A stretch of 64,000 nucleotides of DNA, taken from a virus. Shown here one piece after another: positions 1-9,361 of the stretch (position 1 is its first letter; every line of letters begins with the position of its first letter). The stretch covers positions 8,620 through 72,619 of the IMG/VR virus record IMGVR_UViG_3300012352_000117, one strand, 5' to 3'. The translations under genes and the position numbers were made by a program. The notes below the pieces were generated by a model. It saw nothing but the letters and a program-made list of their open reading frames with translations. It was not told where the DNA came from and made no database searches.

Positions 1-1116
1 AATTATCACCACGGTGAAGGTTCTGCTCAAGGTGCTGCTGTAGGTCTAGCTTCTGATTGGAATAACAACGCTCCAGTTTTCACTGGGTATGGTAACTTTG
101 GATCTCGTCTAGTTCCTGAAGCTGCTGCACCTCGTTATATCTTTGCTTCTCTGTCTGATAACTTTAAGAAGCACTTCACTGATACTGAAGTTGCACCAAA
201 GTCTAACGATCCTGAGAATCCAGAACCAGCACACTATCTTCCAATCATCCCTTGGATCTTGGTTAATGGCATCAGTGGTATTGCTGTTGGTTTCAAGACT
301 GAAGTACTTCCACGTTCTGTAAAGTCATTGATTGAAGCAACTAATGAATGTCTTAAGAATCCAGAAAAGTTCTTGAAAGCTAACAAACCAATTGCGCCAA
401 GCTTTCCGTCTTTCAAAGGTACAGTTACTCAAGTCGCTCCAAACCAGTGGAAGACAACCGGCATCATTGAGTACATTGGAAAGTACACTTATAAGATCAC
501 TGAGCTTCCGATTGGTTATGACCGCGAATCTTATGTAGAGTTCTTGAATGGACTTATTGACAAAGATCTGATTCGTGACTATGACGATATCTGTTCTAAA
601 GACGGTTTCGGCTTTGAAGTAAAGGTTAGCACCCAACAGAAATCTGAAGCTGAAAAAGATGAGCTGAAGTACTTCAAACTAGAGCGTACTCATACTGAGA
701 TTCTCACTACACTTGGTTACGATGGTAAGCTAAAGATTTTTGAATCTGTAGCTGAATTGATTCACTACTTTGTAAAGTACCGCACTGAAAAGTTTGGCGA
801 CAAGATCGCTTATGACATCAATGAGAACGAAGTCGAGATTAATGAACTTACTTTGAAAGCAAAATTCATCAAGCTTGTGATCAATCGTAAAGTCGACTTC
901 CGTACTAGCACGAAGCAACAACTTCTTGACTTCATTGCAGCCAATGTGTCACCAGAAGACTTTGCGAAGAAGTTCGTGAATATTCCATTGTACGAGTGTA
1001 CTCAAGATGAAGTAGACAAGCTTCAAGCTAAAATTGATACTAAAGTTTCAATCTTAGTAGAACTGAAAAAGACTACTCCAGAAGCTCTCTACAAGTCACA
1101 TCTAGCAAAAATCTAA
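1..1116 (+). CDS. gp52: DNA topoisomerase II medium subunit (GyrA/ParC-like), 5' truncated by window edge
   Basis: Frame 1 is open from base 1: NYHHGEGS...GNFGSR...AAAPRYI (catalytic Tyr motif), continuing into the ORF at 259 (ITELPIGY). Confidence 0.92.
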   Translation, partial: NYHHGEGSAQGAAVGLASDWNNNAPVFTGYGNFGSRLVPEAAAPRYIFASLSDNFKKHFTDTEVAPKSNDPENPEPAHYLPIIPWILVNGISGIAVGFKTEVLPRSVKSLIEATNECLKNPEKFLKANKPIAPSFPSFKGTVTQVAPNQWKTTGIIEYIGKYTYKITELPIGYDRESYVEFLNGLIDKDLIRDYDDICSKDGFGFEVKVSTQQKSEAEKDELKYFKLERTHTEILTTLGYDGKLKIFESVAELIHYFVKYRTEKFGDKIAYDINENEVEINELTLKAKFIKLVINRKVDFRTSTKQQLLDFIAANVSPEDFAKKFVNIPLYECTQDEVDKLQAKIDTKVSILVELKKTTPEALYKSHLAKI

Positions 1117-1138
1117 AGAAAAGAATGCACTGAACCTG

Positions 1139-1167
1139 TGTACAAATAATCAAGTTCGGTGTATAAT
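1139..1167 (+). promoter_or_regulatory. sigma70-type early promoter
   Basis: TGTACA-N17-TATAAT upstream of the RNA ligase; same motif family recurs at 7 sites. Confidence 0.8.
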
Positions 1168-1200
1168 ACACCATAGACTGATTAAACAAGGATTTAGATC

Positions 1201-2196
1201 ATGCGTAAGTTGGCAAGCATTCGAAAGATTGATGCAATCGGCCCTATCGAAGGCGCTGATGCTATTGAAGTAGCTACTCTTGGTGGCTGGAAAGTTGTCG
1301 TAAAGAAGAATGAATTCAATGTTGGCGATCTTGCAGTATATCTGGAAATCGACAGCTGGGTTCCGACTGAGCTTGCTCCGTTTCTTAGCAAGGGTAAAGA
1401 GCCACGCGAATACTTTGGTGTGAAGGGTGAACGTCTGCGCACTGTCAAGCTACGTGGTCAACTTAGCCAAGGTCTGCTGCTTCCGTACGCTGTTGTCGGT
1501 CGTATCGCAGCTGAAGACGAAGATGTAAGTACTGAGCTGAACATTCAAAAGTGGGAAGCTCCAGTCAACGCTCAACTCGCTGGTCAAGTGAAGGGTAACT
1601 TCCCAAGTCTGATTCCGAAGACTGACCAAGAACGCGTTCAGAACCTTAAGAAGGAAATTGAAAGCTGCATCGAGAATCGTACTCGCTTTGAAGTTACTGA
1701 AAAGCTTGAAGGTAGCAGCATGACTTGCTATGTGATTGATGGTGTGTTCGGTGTTTGCAGCCGTAACCTTGATCTGAAGCGTGATGAGAATAACAGCTTC
1801 TGGAAGGTTGCTATTGAGCAAGGCATCGAAGAAAAGCTTCTTGCTGTCGGTGCTGACATCGCTATTCAAGGTGAGTTGATCGGTCCCGGTGTTCAAGGAA
1901 ACATCTACAATCTGAGTGCTCTTGACTACTTCATCTTTGATGTGTACAAGATTCAGTTCGGTGGTTACATGGATCCTGAAGAACGCCGTGAATTCGTACA
2001 AAACATTGGTCTGAAGCATGTTCCAGTTCTCACTACTTTCCAACGTCTACTGCCAATGGAGCAACTGTTGACTCTTGCTGAAGGTAAGAGCACTTTCAAT
2101 CCTAAGCAAGAACGCGAAGGCATTGTGTTCAAGGAAGTGAATGGTGGTATCACCTTCAAGGCTATCAGCAACAAGTACTTGCTTGGAGAAAAGTAA
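1201..2196 (+). CDS. ATP-dependent RNA ligase, DRB0094-like family
   Basis: N-terminal MRKLASIRKI...IEGADAIEVA; nucleotidyltransferase motif I TEKLEGSS; QGELIG, EGIVFK and FKAISNKYL motifs. Confidence 0.85.
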   Translation: MRKLASIRKIDAIGPIEGADAIEVATLGGWKVVVKKNEFNVGDLAVYLEIDSWVPTELAPFLSKGKEPREYFGVKGERLRTVKLRGQLSQGLLLPYAVVGRIAAEDEDVSTELNIQKWEAPVNAQLAGQVKGNFPSLIPKTDQERVQNLKKEIESCIENRTRFEVTEKLEGSSMTCYVIDGVFGVCSRNLDLKRDENNSFWKVAIEQGIEEKLLAVGADIAIQGELIGPGVQGNIYNLSALDYFIFDVYKIQFGGYMDPEERREFVQNIGLKHVPVLTTFQRLLPMEQLLTLAEGKSTFNPKQEREGIVFKEVNGGITFKAISNKYLLGEK

Positions 2197-2402
2197 TGGC
2201 GACGCGCAAATCTGGTAAAGTTCAAACGAAGCTAATCGGTGGTCCATTCCACGGATGTAGCATTCCAATGTCTCCGGGCTGCGCATCGCTTTCCTTTAAG
2301 TGCGGAGAGTTTTTTGGTCATTACGATCGTAGCAAATGGAAAAGTGAAATCGTAGAATTGGTCATTGACGACAATCCTAATTTTGTTCTAGGGTATAACT
2401 GA
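2196..2402 (+). CDS. hypothetical protein
   Basis: 68 aa ORF with start/stop overlaps on both sides. Confidence 0.55.
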   Translation: MATRKSGKVQTKLIGGPFHGCSIPMSPGCASLSFKCGEFFGHYDRSKWKSEIVELVIDDNPNFVLGYN

Positions 2403-2881
2403 TGAATACTTTTAAATGCTGCTGGTGCTCTGTTGAAGTACCATCGTTCGATGTATCGCATGTCTGTTCTACCGGACCTTATGCTGTTGAAATGCCAGAG
2501 ACTGTTATGACTAAACCTGCTGAAGTTGAACAACCAAAGAAGATCCCTATGTGGAAGCTTGGTATCATGATTCATGGTTATCGATTAGTTCAAACTTGTG
2601 GAGCTTGTCCAGAGCAGTACGACGTGTTTGATGATATTGGTCAACAAGTAGCTTACTTCCGTCTGCGTCATGGTGGCTTCCGAGTGGATGTGCCTGACGT
2701 TGGTGGTGAGACTATCTACACTGCGAATCCGAAGGGTGATGGTGTATTCTATGAAGACGAGCGAGTTCGTTATCTCACTGAAGCAATTCTTGCTGTGCAA
2801 GAATACTACATCAATCGTCGTTGGGACAAAACTGATTATTCTGAACTAGAGATCGGTTGGACTAAGAATCTTGGTGAATAA
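2402..2881 (+). CDS. hypothetical protein
   Basis: 159 aa, translationally coupled; N-terminal CCWC...HVC. Confidence 0.65.
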   Translation: MNTFKCCWCSVEVPSFDVSHVCSTGPYAVEMPETVMTKPAEVEQPKKIPMWKLGIMIHGYRLVQTCGACPEQYDVFDDIGQQVAYFRLRHGGFRVDVPDVGGETIYTANPKGDGVFYEDERVRYLTEAILAVQEYYINRRWDKTDYSELEIGWTKNLGE

Positions 2882-2883
2882 TC

Positions 2884-3249
2884 ATGAAAGCATATCTACA
2901 TGGAAAGATTCACGCTAAAAAGTATGGAGGCACCTCTGACGACTACGCCGACATCGACGACTTCATCGACAGTACTAAAGCGGCTGTCGCAGACGTCAGA
3001 CATCGAGCCATTCTTCATTCCGCATTCGGGTGTTTCCTTGTCGAGCGAATTTTTGGTCGTACGCGCATCAATTCGGACGGGAAAGAGTATTCTCCAAGAG
3101 ACATTGCAGAAGACCACATCCAACAAGATTTAGGTTTCATTCCAACTATGGAGCACTACCTGAATAACATGACTATCCAACCTTGGATGTCAGGCACTGA
3201 AAAGAAGAACGCTAGTTCTAAACGTAAACACATTAAACTTGAGGATTGA
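2884..3249 (+). CDS. DUF6915-like protein
   Basis: H..S.KKYGG...DY..I.DF.DS...D.RHRAILHS.FG...ERIFG...IAE.HI..DLG pattern. Confidence 0.6.
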   Translation: MKAYLHGKIHAKKYGGTSDDYADIDDFIDSTKAAVADVRHRAILHSAFGCFLVERIFGRTRINSDGKEYSPRDIAEDHIQQDLGFIPTMEHYLNNMTIQPWMSGTEKKNASSKRKHIKLED

Positions 3250-3251
3250 TT

Positions 3252-3725
3252 ATGAGCGACTTGCAAAATGCGTTTGATAAACTGATTGCTGAACAGCGTG
3301 AACTTCAAAAGAAGTTCCAAGAAACTGCTCAAGCATTGTTCAAAGAAACTACTAAAGAGTTCTTCGACAAGAACCCTAAAGTAACTGCTATTGTTTGGAC
3401 ACAATATACACCTTACTTTAACGATGGTGACACTTGTACATTTGGTGTGAACGAAGCTTCATTCACGAATGCTCCAGATCCAGAGAATGTTCGTTGGGGT
3501 GAGTATAATGGAGACGAAGAAACCGCTGAAGACGGTTCTGAAATCTTTGTGTATGATTGCTATGGACAAGCACCAGAAGGCGTAGACAAAGCTCTATGCG
3601 ATAAATTTTCTCGTTTGATTCAATCGTCTGAGATGGATTCAGTGATGCAAGCAATGTTTGACGACCACGTTCAAGTTATTGCTACTCGTGAAGGCTTTGA
3701 CGTTGAAGAATACGATCACGATTAA
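3252..3725 (+). CDS. conserved phage hypothetical protein
   Basis: WTQYTPYFNDGDTC.F motif; acidic C-terminus; SD GAGGA upstream of ATG 3252. Confidence 0.65.
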   Translation: MSDLQNAFDKLIAEQRELQKKFQETAQALFKETTKEFFDKNPKVTAIVWTQYTPYFNDGDTCTFGVNEASFTNAPDPENVRWGEYNGDEETAEDGSEIFVYDCYGQAPEGVDKALCDKFSRLIQSSEMDSVMQAMFDDHVQVIATREGFDVEEYDHD

Positions 3726-3734
3726 GGAAACGAA

Positions 3735-4571
3735 ATGAAAATCGCAGTATGTTCAGATCTTCATCTGGAGTTCGGTCGTTTGGATCTAACAAACACTGAA
3801 GGCGCTGACGTGCTGATTTTGTCAGGTGACATTCTAGTTGCTGAAGATCTAGATCGTCATCCTGGCGATGTTGGTCCCTATGCACCAGTTGAGAGTCATC
3901 GATACATCAATTCAACGATCTATAGAGACTTTCTTGATCAAGTCAACCATGAGTTTCCAAAGGTGATTTACGTTGCTGGAAACCATGAATTCTATGGTGG
4001 TAAGTGGAAGAAGACTTTAGACGTTCTTCATAAGTATATGGTGAACTACCCCAACATCTTCTTCCTTGAAAGAGAGACTCTGAAGGTTGATGACGTCACT
4101 TTCATCGGTGGTACTTTGTGGACTGACATGAACAAGTACGATCCGATCACTATGCATTCGGTTCGTGACATGATGAACGACTACAGAACTATCACGAACG
4201 ACGAGAAGGGTTACACTAAGCTGAAACCGGCTGATACCGCGCTTCGTCATCGTCAAACTCTAGATTACATCAAGAGTGTAGTGGCTGAAAAACATGACGA
4301 GAAGTTTGTAGTAGTTGGTCACCACGCTCCAACTAAGTTGAGCACTCCACCTCACTACAGAGATGACTTCTTGATGAATGGAGCTTACTCAAGTGATTTG
4401 AGCGAGTTCATCATGGATCGTCCTCAGATCAAGTTGTGGACTCATGGTCATACTCATGATGAGTTTGACTACATGGTTGGAGAGACAAGAATAGTCTGCA
4501 ACCCTCGTGGCTATACAAAGTACGAGCAACGTGCACAAGACTTTGTACTTAAATTCGTAGATGTTGTATAA
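3735..4571 (+). CDS. calcineurin-like metallophosphoesterase
   Basis: SDLHLE, GD, GNHE, GHH and HGHTH motifs; ends NPRGY. Confidence 0.9.
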   Translation: MKIAVCSDLHLEFGRLDLTNTEGADVLILSGDILVAEDLDRHPGDVGPYAPVESHRYINSTIYRDFLDQVNHEFPKVIYVAGNHEFYGGKWKKTLDVLHKYMVNYPNIFFLERETLKVDDVTFIGGTLWTDMNKYDPITMHSVRDMMNDYRTITNDEKGYTKLKPADTALRHRQTLDYIKSVVAEKHDEKFVVVGHHAPTKLSTPPHYRDDFLMNGAYSSDLSEFIMDRPQIKLWTHGHTHDEFDYMVGETRIVCNPRGYTKYEQRAQDFVLKFVDVV

Positions 4572-4572
4572 T
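4544..4572 (+). promoter_or_regulatory. sigma70-type early promoter
   Basis: TGTACT-N17-TATAAT. Confidence 0.65.
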
Positions 4573-4605
4573 ACATCTACAAACTGATTATGAAAAGGAA
4601 TTGAA

Positions 4606-5079
4606 ATGACACAACTTTACTCACTGTCCAAGGTTGCTTCGTATCTGGCTGATTACCACGTCGATGCTTCTGGTCAAGTTTACTCAACTAAGCAAGGCAA
4701 CGCTCGTGCTCTAAAGGCGTCTGCTCCTTCTACTTCGCAATACAAGTACTGGAGTTTTAGCCATCACGGTTCAACACGTACCATGCGCACCGACGAACTG
4801 GCTCGTATGCTAGACCGTGATTCTGGTTTCCAAGCTTGGAAACGCAACATGGGTTCTGCGTCTATGACTGCTAGTGCTTCAACTGGTTCTGGTAAAGGCT
4901 ACATTGTTGGTTCTATCACTGACTCTGGTGTTAGCTTTTCTAGTCGTCCAAAGGTTCATTCAAGTGAATCTGAAGCACGTGTTGAATGCGAACGTCTTGC
5001 TTCTATGTACAAAGGTAAGACTTTCATGTACGTTGAAATCAAGGGCTCTGTTAAGGCTACTGGTTTTAGCTGGAGCTAA
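4606..5079 (+). CDS. hypothetical protein
   Basis: 157 aa with SD AAGGA and phage-like codon usage. Confidence 0.7.
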   Translation: MTQLYSLSKVASYLADYHVDASGQVYSTKQGNARALKASAPSTSQYKYWSFSHHGSTRTMRTDELARMLDRDSGFQAWKRNMGSASMTASASTGSGKGYIVGSITDSGVSFSSRPKVHSSESEARVECERLASMYKGKTFMYVEIKGSVKATGFSWS

Positions 5080-5252
5080 TGATGAGCACCTCTGTAAAGC
5101 GATTGCTGCTTAGCATTGGTCTTCTGATCGTCTGGTTTGGGTTTATTACTTCTGGAGGTGCAGTTGCTTCCTTCGCAGTTTCAGCCCTAGCCGGATGGTT
5201 TGTTGGTGGATTGATTTACGAATTGTCTGCAAAGGTGTTTCCAAATGAGTGA
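5079..5252 (+). CDS. small two-TM membrane protein (below ORF-track cutoff)
   Basis: Manual translation MMSTSVKRLLLSIGLLIVWFGFITSGGAVASFAVSALAGWFVGGLIYELSAKVFPNE; exactly fills the gap between neighbours. Confidence 0.6.
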   Translation: MMSTSVKRLLLSIGLLIVWFGFITSGGAVASFAVSALAGWFVGGLIYELSAKVFPNE

Positions 5253-5793
5253 AGAATCTTACGACGCTTTTGTGAAGCGTTTGCAAGAAAAACATCCTCG
5301 TTCTTTTAAGAACGTTTATTGTGGTATCTCTATCTCTGAAGGATGGTACCACATCATTGAATCGTTATGCTCAAATATTGATCACCACGTTAAGTGGAAG
5401 CGTGATCAGCGTGCTAGAGAACTTCTACGCAATAGAGCTATAAAGCGTGGTCCTGAAGCAGTTCTAAAATTTGTTACAACTAAAGGTAAAAATCCCAGTG
5501 AATGGGACATGGAACGTGCTGAAGAAATCATGAATGATGGCATTGTTGAACCTTCTAAGTATGTTAAATATGTAGAGGTGCATCAGATCAAAGAAAAGTT
5601 CGGTGGTCTGCGTTTCTACTACGAAGGTGGCGATGATCAAGTTCACGGTATGGTTCGCATAGCCGAATCATGGGCTGCACATACTTGTGAGACGTGTGGT
5701 GAACGCGGCAAGCTTCGTCATGGTGGTTGGGTAAGAACTTTGTGTGATAAACACGAAGCTGAATATCAAGAAAGCCATAAGAATCGTGTGTAA
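5245..5793 (+). CDS. conserved phage hypothetical protein
   Basis: GWY.II..L and QIKEKFGGLRFYY motifs; C-terminal CETCG...TLCDKH. Confidence 0.7.
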   Translation: MSEESYDAFVKRLQEKHPRSFKNVYCGISISEGWYHIIESLCSNIDHHVKWKRDQRARELLRNRAIKRGPEAVLKFVTTKGKNPSEWDMERAEEIMNDGIVEPSKYVKYVEVHQIKEKFGGLRFYYEGGDDQVHGMVRIAESWAAHTCETCGERGKLRHGGWVRTLCDKHEAEYQESHKNRV

Positions 5794-5965
5794 GAAATCT
5801 TACACTGTATCAGTAGAATACGACGAAGAACTTGGAGATTATGTTCTACCATTTCCAGATGAACTGATCTTAGATTTAGACTGGCATAGCGGTGACGTTA
5901 TCCAATGGATTGACAACAAAGATGGGTCATGGACCCTACGTAAAAAGGAAGATGAAAATGCCTAA
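5786..5965 (+). CDS. AbrB/MazE-like swapped-hairpin protein (putative)
   Basis: YVLPFPDELILDLDWHSGDVIQWIDNKDGSWTLRK; GTG start at 5786. Confidence 0.45.
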   Translation: MCKKSYTVSVEYDEELGDYVLPFPDELILDLDWHSGDVIQWIDNKDGSWTLRKKEDENA

Positions 5966-6173
5966 GTTTGTTTTTGTATGTGAGCACGAAGCTGAAGAAG
6001 ATTTTCCAGCTCGTCGCAACAGCGTTGAATTTTCTGCTGAGACATGGGATGATGTTGTTGCTGAAATGACTAGTTTCTTGCGTGGATGCGGTTATCAGTT
6101 CAAAGGTGAACTAGATATGATTGAGCCAGAAGAGCATAGCCAATTCTTTTACGACTTCGATCGCAACCGCTGA
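5958..6173 (+). CDS. hypothetical protein
   Basis: MPKFVFVCE...EMTSFLRGCGY; SD AAGGA upstream. Confidence 0.6.
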   Translation: MPKFVFVCEHEAEEDFPARRNSVEFSAETWDDVVAEMTSFLRGCGYQFKGELDMIEPEEHSQFFYDFDRNR

Positions 6174-6176
6174 TCT

Positions 6177-6371
6177 ATGCCTACAGCGTTATCGCTGTTT
6201 CTAATACGCTACAGAGACACAGAGTCTAGTAGCTATTTGTATTTCTGGACAGAGAAGCAGGGTGAAACATACGTTCATGTAAGTCCTATGTTCGAAACTG
6301 AAGACGCAGCTAAAGATTGGTATCTAACCACGATTAAACATTTTGACGCAGCAATGAAAGTTATAAAATGA
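6177..6371 (+). CDS. hypothetical protein
   Basis: 64 aa ORF in operon context. Confidence 0.55.
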   Translation: MPTALSLFLIRYRDTESSSYLYFWTEKQGETYVHVSPMFETEDAAKDWYLTTIKHFDAAMKVIK

Positions 6372-7141
6372 AAGTACATATTGGACCTTACAAGAACTGG
6401 GTAGGCCCTTACCAGATTGCAGACACTATCTTCTTCTGGTGCGAGAAGTACCCAGAAAAAGATATCGAAAATCGCTGGGATTATAAGACCAAAGATTGGC
6501 TTGGCGAGTTTCTAGCTCATGGCTTTCATAAGAAGATTGAAAGTGCAGATGGCAGCTGGCGTATGAAACGCGATCGACCAGAGACTTGGTTCTACAAACT
6601 TCTTCTATGGATTGACTCTAAGAAGAAGCGCACAATGAAGATCCACATTGACAAGTGGGATTCATGGAATCTTGACAGTACTTTGAGTCCCATCATTCTT
6701 CCTCTGCTAAAGCAGTTGCGAGAAACCAAACACGGTTCCGGTTATATCGACATGGAAGATGTGCCAGAATACATGCGCACTACTTCTTTCGAAGAGTATG
6801 ATTCTCAAAAATGCTTTGAGTTCTATCATGCTGAAGAAGTAACAGGTGGATATGACATTCATCGTCGCTATGAATGGGTACTTGATGAAATGATCTGGGC
6901 TTTCGAACAACTGCAGCCAGACTGCGATTGGGAAGAACAATACCGTTCTGGTGAGCACGACATCGTCTGGGTACCAGATACTACTAAGCTTGATGAGAAC
7001 GGCAAGCCTAAGTTTCACACTATGACTCATGGTCCAAACGATACTTACAAGTGTGACTATGAAGCTATGCAAAAACACCAAGATCGCATCAATAACGGTC
7101 TACGTCTATTTGGTAAGTATTTCCAGACTTTGTGGGATTAA
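6368..7141 (+). CDS. conserved T4-like phage hypothetical protein
   Basis: 257 aa; WD.WNLD.TL..IILP.LKQL and W..VLDEMIWAFEQ motifs. Confidence 0.7.
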   Translation: MKVHIGPYKNWVGPYQIADTIFFWCEKYPEKDIENRWDYKTKDWLGEFLAHGFHKKIESADGSWRMKRDRPETWFYKLLLWIDSKKKRTMKIHIDKWDSWNLDSTLSPIILPLLKQLRETKHGSGYIDMEDVPEYMRTTSFEEYDSQKCFEFYHAEEVTGGYDIHRRYEWVLDEMIWAFEQLQPDCDWEEQYRSGEHDIVWVPDTTKLDENGKPKFHTMTHGPNDTYKCDYEAMQKHQDRINNGLRLFGKYFQTLWD

Positions 7142-7143
7142 AC

Positions 7144-7404
7144 ATGGATCTATCTAAACGACTTTCGGAGCTTGAAGCTGAGATGTTAGAGCTTCAAGCT
7201 AGAGTTTCTCGACTTGAAGCTCTGATCAAACCACTACAACCTAACCCAGTTGTATTCCCTCAGACACCAGATTGGCTGAGCCCTAGTATCCAACCACTTC
7301 CAGCTTCTAAGTGCTCTAAGTGTGGTCTAGAGTTCTCTGGACCTATGGGATATTGTTGCCCACGAACAGATTGTCCTACAGGCCTTGGTCCAATCATGTG
7401 TTGA
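7144..7404 (+). CDS. coiled-coil plus Cys-cluster hypothetical protein
   Basis: Heptad-like N-terminus; CSKC...CCPRTDC at the C-terminus. Confidence 0.55.
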   Translation: MDLSKRLSELEAEMLELQARVSRLEALIKPLQPNPVVFPQTPDWLSPSIQPLPASKCSKCGLEFSGPMGYCCPRTDCPTGLGPIMC

Positions 7405-7428
7405 TACTAAAGTATTACACTTTTTCTG

Positions 7429-7457
7429 TGTACAAATAATCCTGAATGTGGTATAAT
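7429..7457 (+). promoter_or_regulatory. sigma70-type early promoter
   Basis: TGTACA-N17-TATAAT with extended -10 TG. Confidence 0.8.
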
Positions 7458-7478
7458 AAACTATAGAAAGGAAAAGGT

Positions 7479-7937
7479 ATGATGAGAAAAGGTGAAATGC
7501 TAGACAAAGCTCTACTGATCGCAACTAATGCGCATCATGGTCAGTTTGACAAAGGCGGCAACCCGTACATTCTGCATCCTTTGAAAGTTATGCACTATCT
7601 GAAGTCTAACGACGAAGAACTTCAGTGTATGGCTCTTCTTCACGACGTCGTCGAAGACACTAACACAACTTATGTTGATCTTCGCGAAGCAGGAATCTCT
7701 GAAAGAGTTATCAATGCTTTGAGATGTCTAACTAAGCAACGTGGTCAGACTCTTGGCGAATACAAAGACGCAGTGTTCTCTAATCGAGATGCAATGTTTG
7801 TCAAAATGGCAGATTTGCGACACAACAGCGACATTCGTCGACTCAAAGGAGTCACAGACAAAGACCTTGAACGCATGGCAAAGTACCAGCGATTCTATCT
7901 TGAAATTCGGGCGAAACTAAATGAAAATCTATCTTGA
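7479..7937 (+). CDS. HD-domain hydrolase, RelA/SpoT ((p)ppGpp hydrolase)-like
   Basis: AH.GQ.DKGG.PYILHP, ALLHDVVED and VKMADLRHN motifs. Confidence 0.8.
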   Translation: MMRKGEMLDKALLIATNAHHGQFDKGGNPYILHPLKVMHYLKSNDEELQCMALLHDVVEDTNTTYVDLREAGISERVINALRCLTKQRGQTLGEYKDAVFSNRDAMFVKMADLRHNSDIRRLKGVTDKDLERMAKYQRFYLEIRAKLNENLS

Positions 7938-8427
7938 CATGGACGGTGTTCTCACCGATCTTGAACATCGTTATGCTGAAAAGTTTGGTCAGTTTCCAAC
8001 TGATAAAGATCTAAAGCGAAAGCATTTCTGGAATAACTGGAAAAAGTTTGTCGACGACAATGAGTTTGAAACTCTTCCAAAGCATCCTGGCGCTGAGAAG
8101 TTGCTGAGTGTTGTTGAAATGTTTAGAGGTACAGGAATTCCAGTTGAAATCCTGTCTTCTTCTGGAGGTGGATATTCGCACGATCTAGTTGTCGAGCAAA
8201 AGAAAAAGTGGCTTGCTGCTAATAGTATCTCATACACTGCTAACATTGTTCCTGGTGGTGCTCGTAAAGCTGAATATGCTAAACCTTGGCACATTCTGAT
8301 TGACGACACTGAGCACGTCGTAGAAAATTATCGTGCTCATGGTGGCACTGCTATTCTTCACAAAGATGTTGATGCTACTATTCGTATGCTGCATCTGCTC
8401 CACTTAGAGTGGATGGGCGCTCAGTAA
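7921..8427 (+). CDS. HAD-family 5'(3')-deoxyribonucleotidase-like protein
   Basis: [10 protein letters not shown] motif I; ILSS motif II; KA.YA...ILIDD motifs III/IV. Confidence 0.8.
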   Translation: MKIYLDMDGVLTDLEHRYAEKFGQFPTDKDLKRKHFWNNWKKFVDDNEFETLPKHPGAEKLLSVVEMFRGTGIPVEILSSSGGGYSHDLVVEQKKKWLAANSISYTANIVPGGARKAEYAKPWHILIDDTEHVVENYRAHGGTAILHKDVDATIRMLHLLHLEWMGAQ

Positions 8428-8807
8428 TGGCGTACTACAACAGTCATCCATATCGTTGTCCAAAATGCGGGCATGAAGAGCTTGCAGGCGGCAGCGATAT
8501 GGATTATTGGACTAAGTCTCCAATCACAGACGAGAACAATCCGATCTGTCCTAAGTGTTGGAATAACTTTCTAGATTCTCTTGGTGCTGAGATGCGATGC
8601 ACAGTCGCTTGGACTAAAGAAGGAAGCGACTATGATAAGCACTATGGAAAAAGACAAACTGTCACTGCAGACACAGTAATGCGCCTTAGAGATGCAACTG
8701 ATGCTCCAATGATGGAATGCAAGAAAGCTTTGGTAGCAACCAATGGTGATTTTGATAAAGCTAAAGAATGGATACGCGTAGGCTATCGATTCAGAACCTA
8801 CATTTAA
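8427..8807 (+). CDS. zinc-ribbon protein with C-terminal EF-Ts N-terminal (UBA-like) domain
   Basis: CPKC...CPKC, then [40 protein letters not shown], which matches the EF-Ts N-terminus. Confidence 0.65.
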   Translation: MAYYNSHPYRCPKCGHEELAGGSDMDYWTKSPITDENNPICPKCWNNFLDSLGAEMRCTVAWTKEGSDYDKHYGKRQTVTADTVMRLRDATDAPMMECKKALVATNGDFDKAKEWIRVGYRFRTYI

Positions 8808-8810
8808 CAT

Positions 8811-9101
8811 ATGAATGATATACTACTAAACACTTTTTCTTGGATCAAAGATGACTACCGTTCTCATCCTTTTCGTTTTATCGTTGAGCTTCTTGCTTGG
8901 GGCATTTCAATTGGGTGTTCGATCACAATGGCTCTCACAGTCCCGAATCCGCCCTTACTTTCTCTGTATCCTGTTTGGATCCTCGGCTGTAGCCTCTATG
9001 CTTGGGCTGCTTATACTCGGAAATCTTTTGGGATGTTGGCTAACTACATCTTGCTGACAACGATCGACACAATTGGTTTAGTTAGGATGCTTGTAGCATG
9101 A
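8811..9101 (+). CDS. small multi-pass membrane protein
   Basis: Three hydrophobic segments. Confidence 0.6.
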   Translation: MNDILLNTFSWIKDDYRSHPFRFIVELLAWGISIGCSITMALTVPNPPLLSLYPVWILGCSLYAWAAYTRKSFGMLANYILLTTIDTIGLVRMLVA

Positions 9102-9361
9102 TACAGCTTAACACTCAGCAAGTTTATATTCCCCAGCAACCTCCTCCAGTTGCCCCTCCAATTCAATCGTTTACGTTTGTAAAACCCGTGTCTTATGAAT
9201 TTAGAGTAGCTGAGCACCTTGATCAAACTGACAAGGTTATTAAAGTTGCACTCCAAGTCCAAGTGTGGGAGCATAACGATCACGGCACTGGAAACGTGAT
9301 ACAAGCTTGGCACGACGTTCCAAGAGTTAAAATGAAAGATGGAGTTATTCAGTATGACTAA
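9098..9361 (+). CDS. hypothetical protein
   Basis: 87 aa, overlapping start/stop. Confidence 0.55.
   Translation: MIQLNTQQVYIPQQPPPVAPPIQSFTFVKPVSYEFRVAEHLDQTDKVIKVALQVQVWEHNDHGTGNVIQAWHDVPRVKMKDGVIQYD

Noticed and set aside
1450-2043. 197-aa minus-strand ORF and the many similar antisense ORFs in the track
   Set aside because: They lie fully opposite well-supported genes, have no motifs, and are expected from codon bias.
5786-6173. Toxin-antitoxin pair (AbrB/MazE-like plus neighbour)
   Set aside because: The downstream ORF shows no recognisable toxin motifs, and the AbrB similarity is weak.
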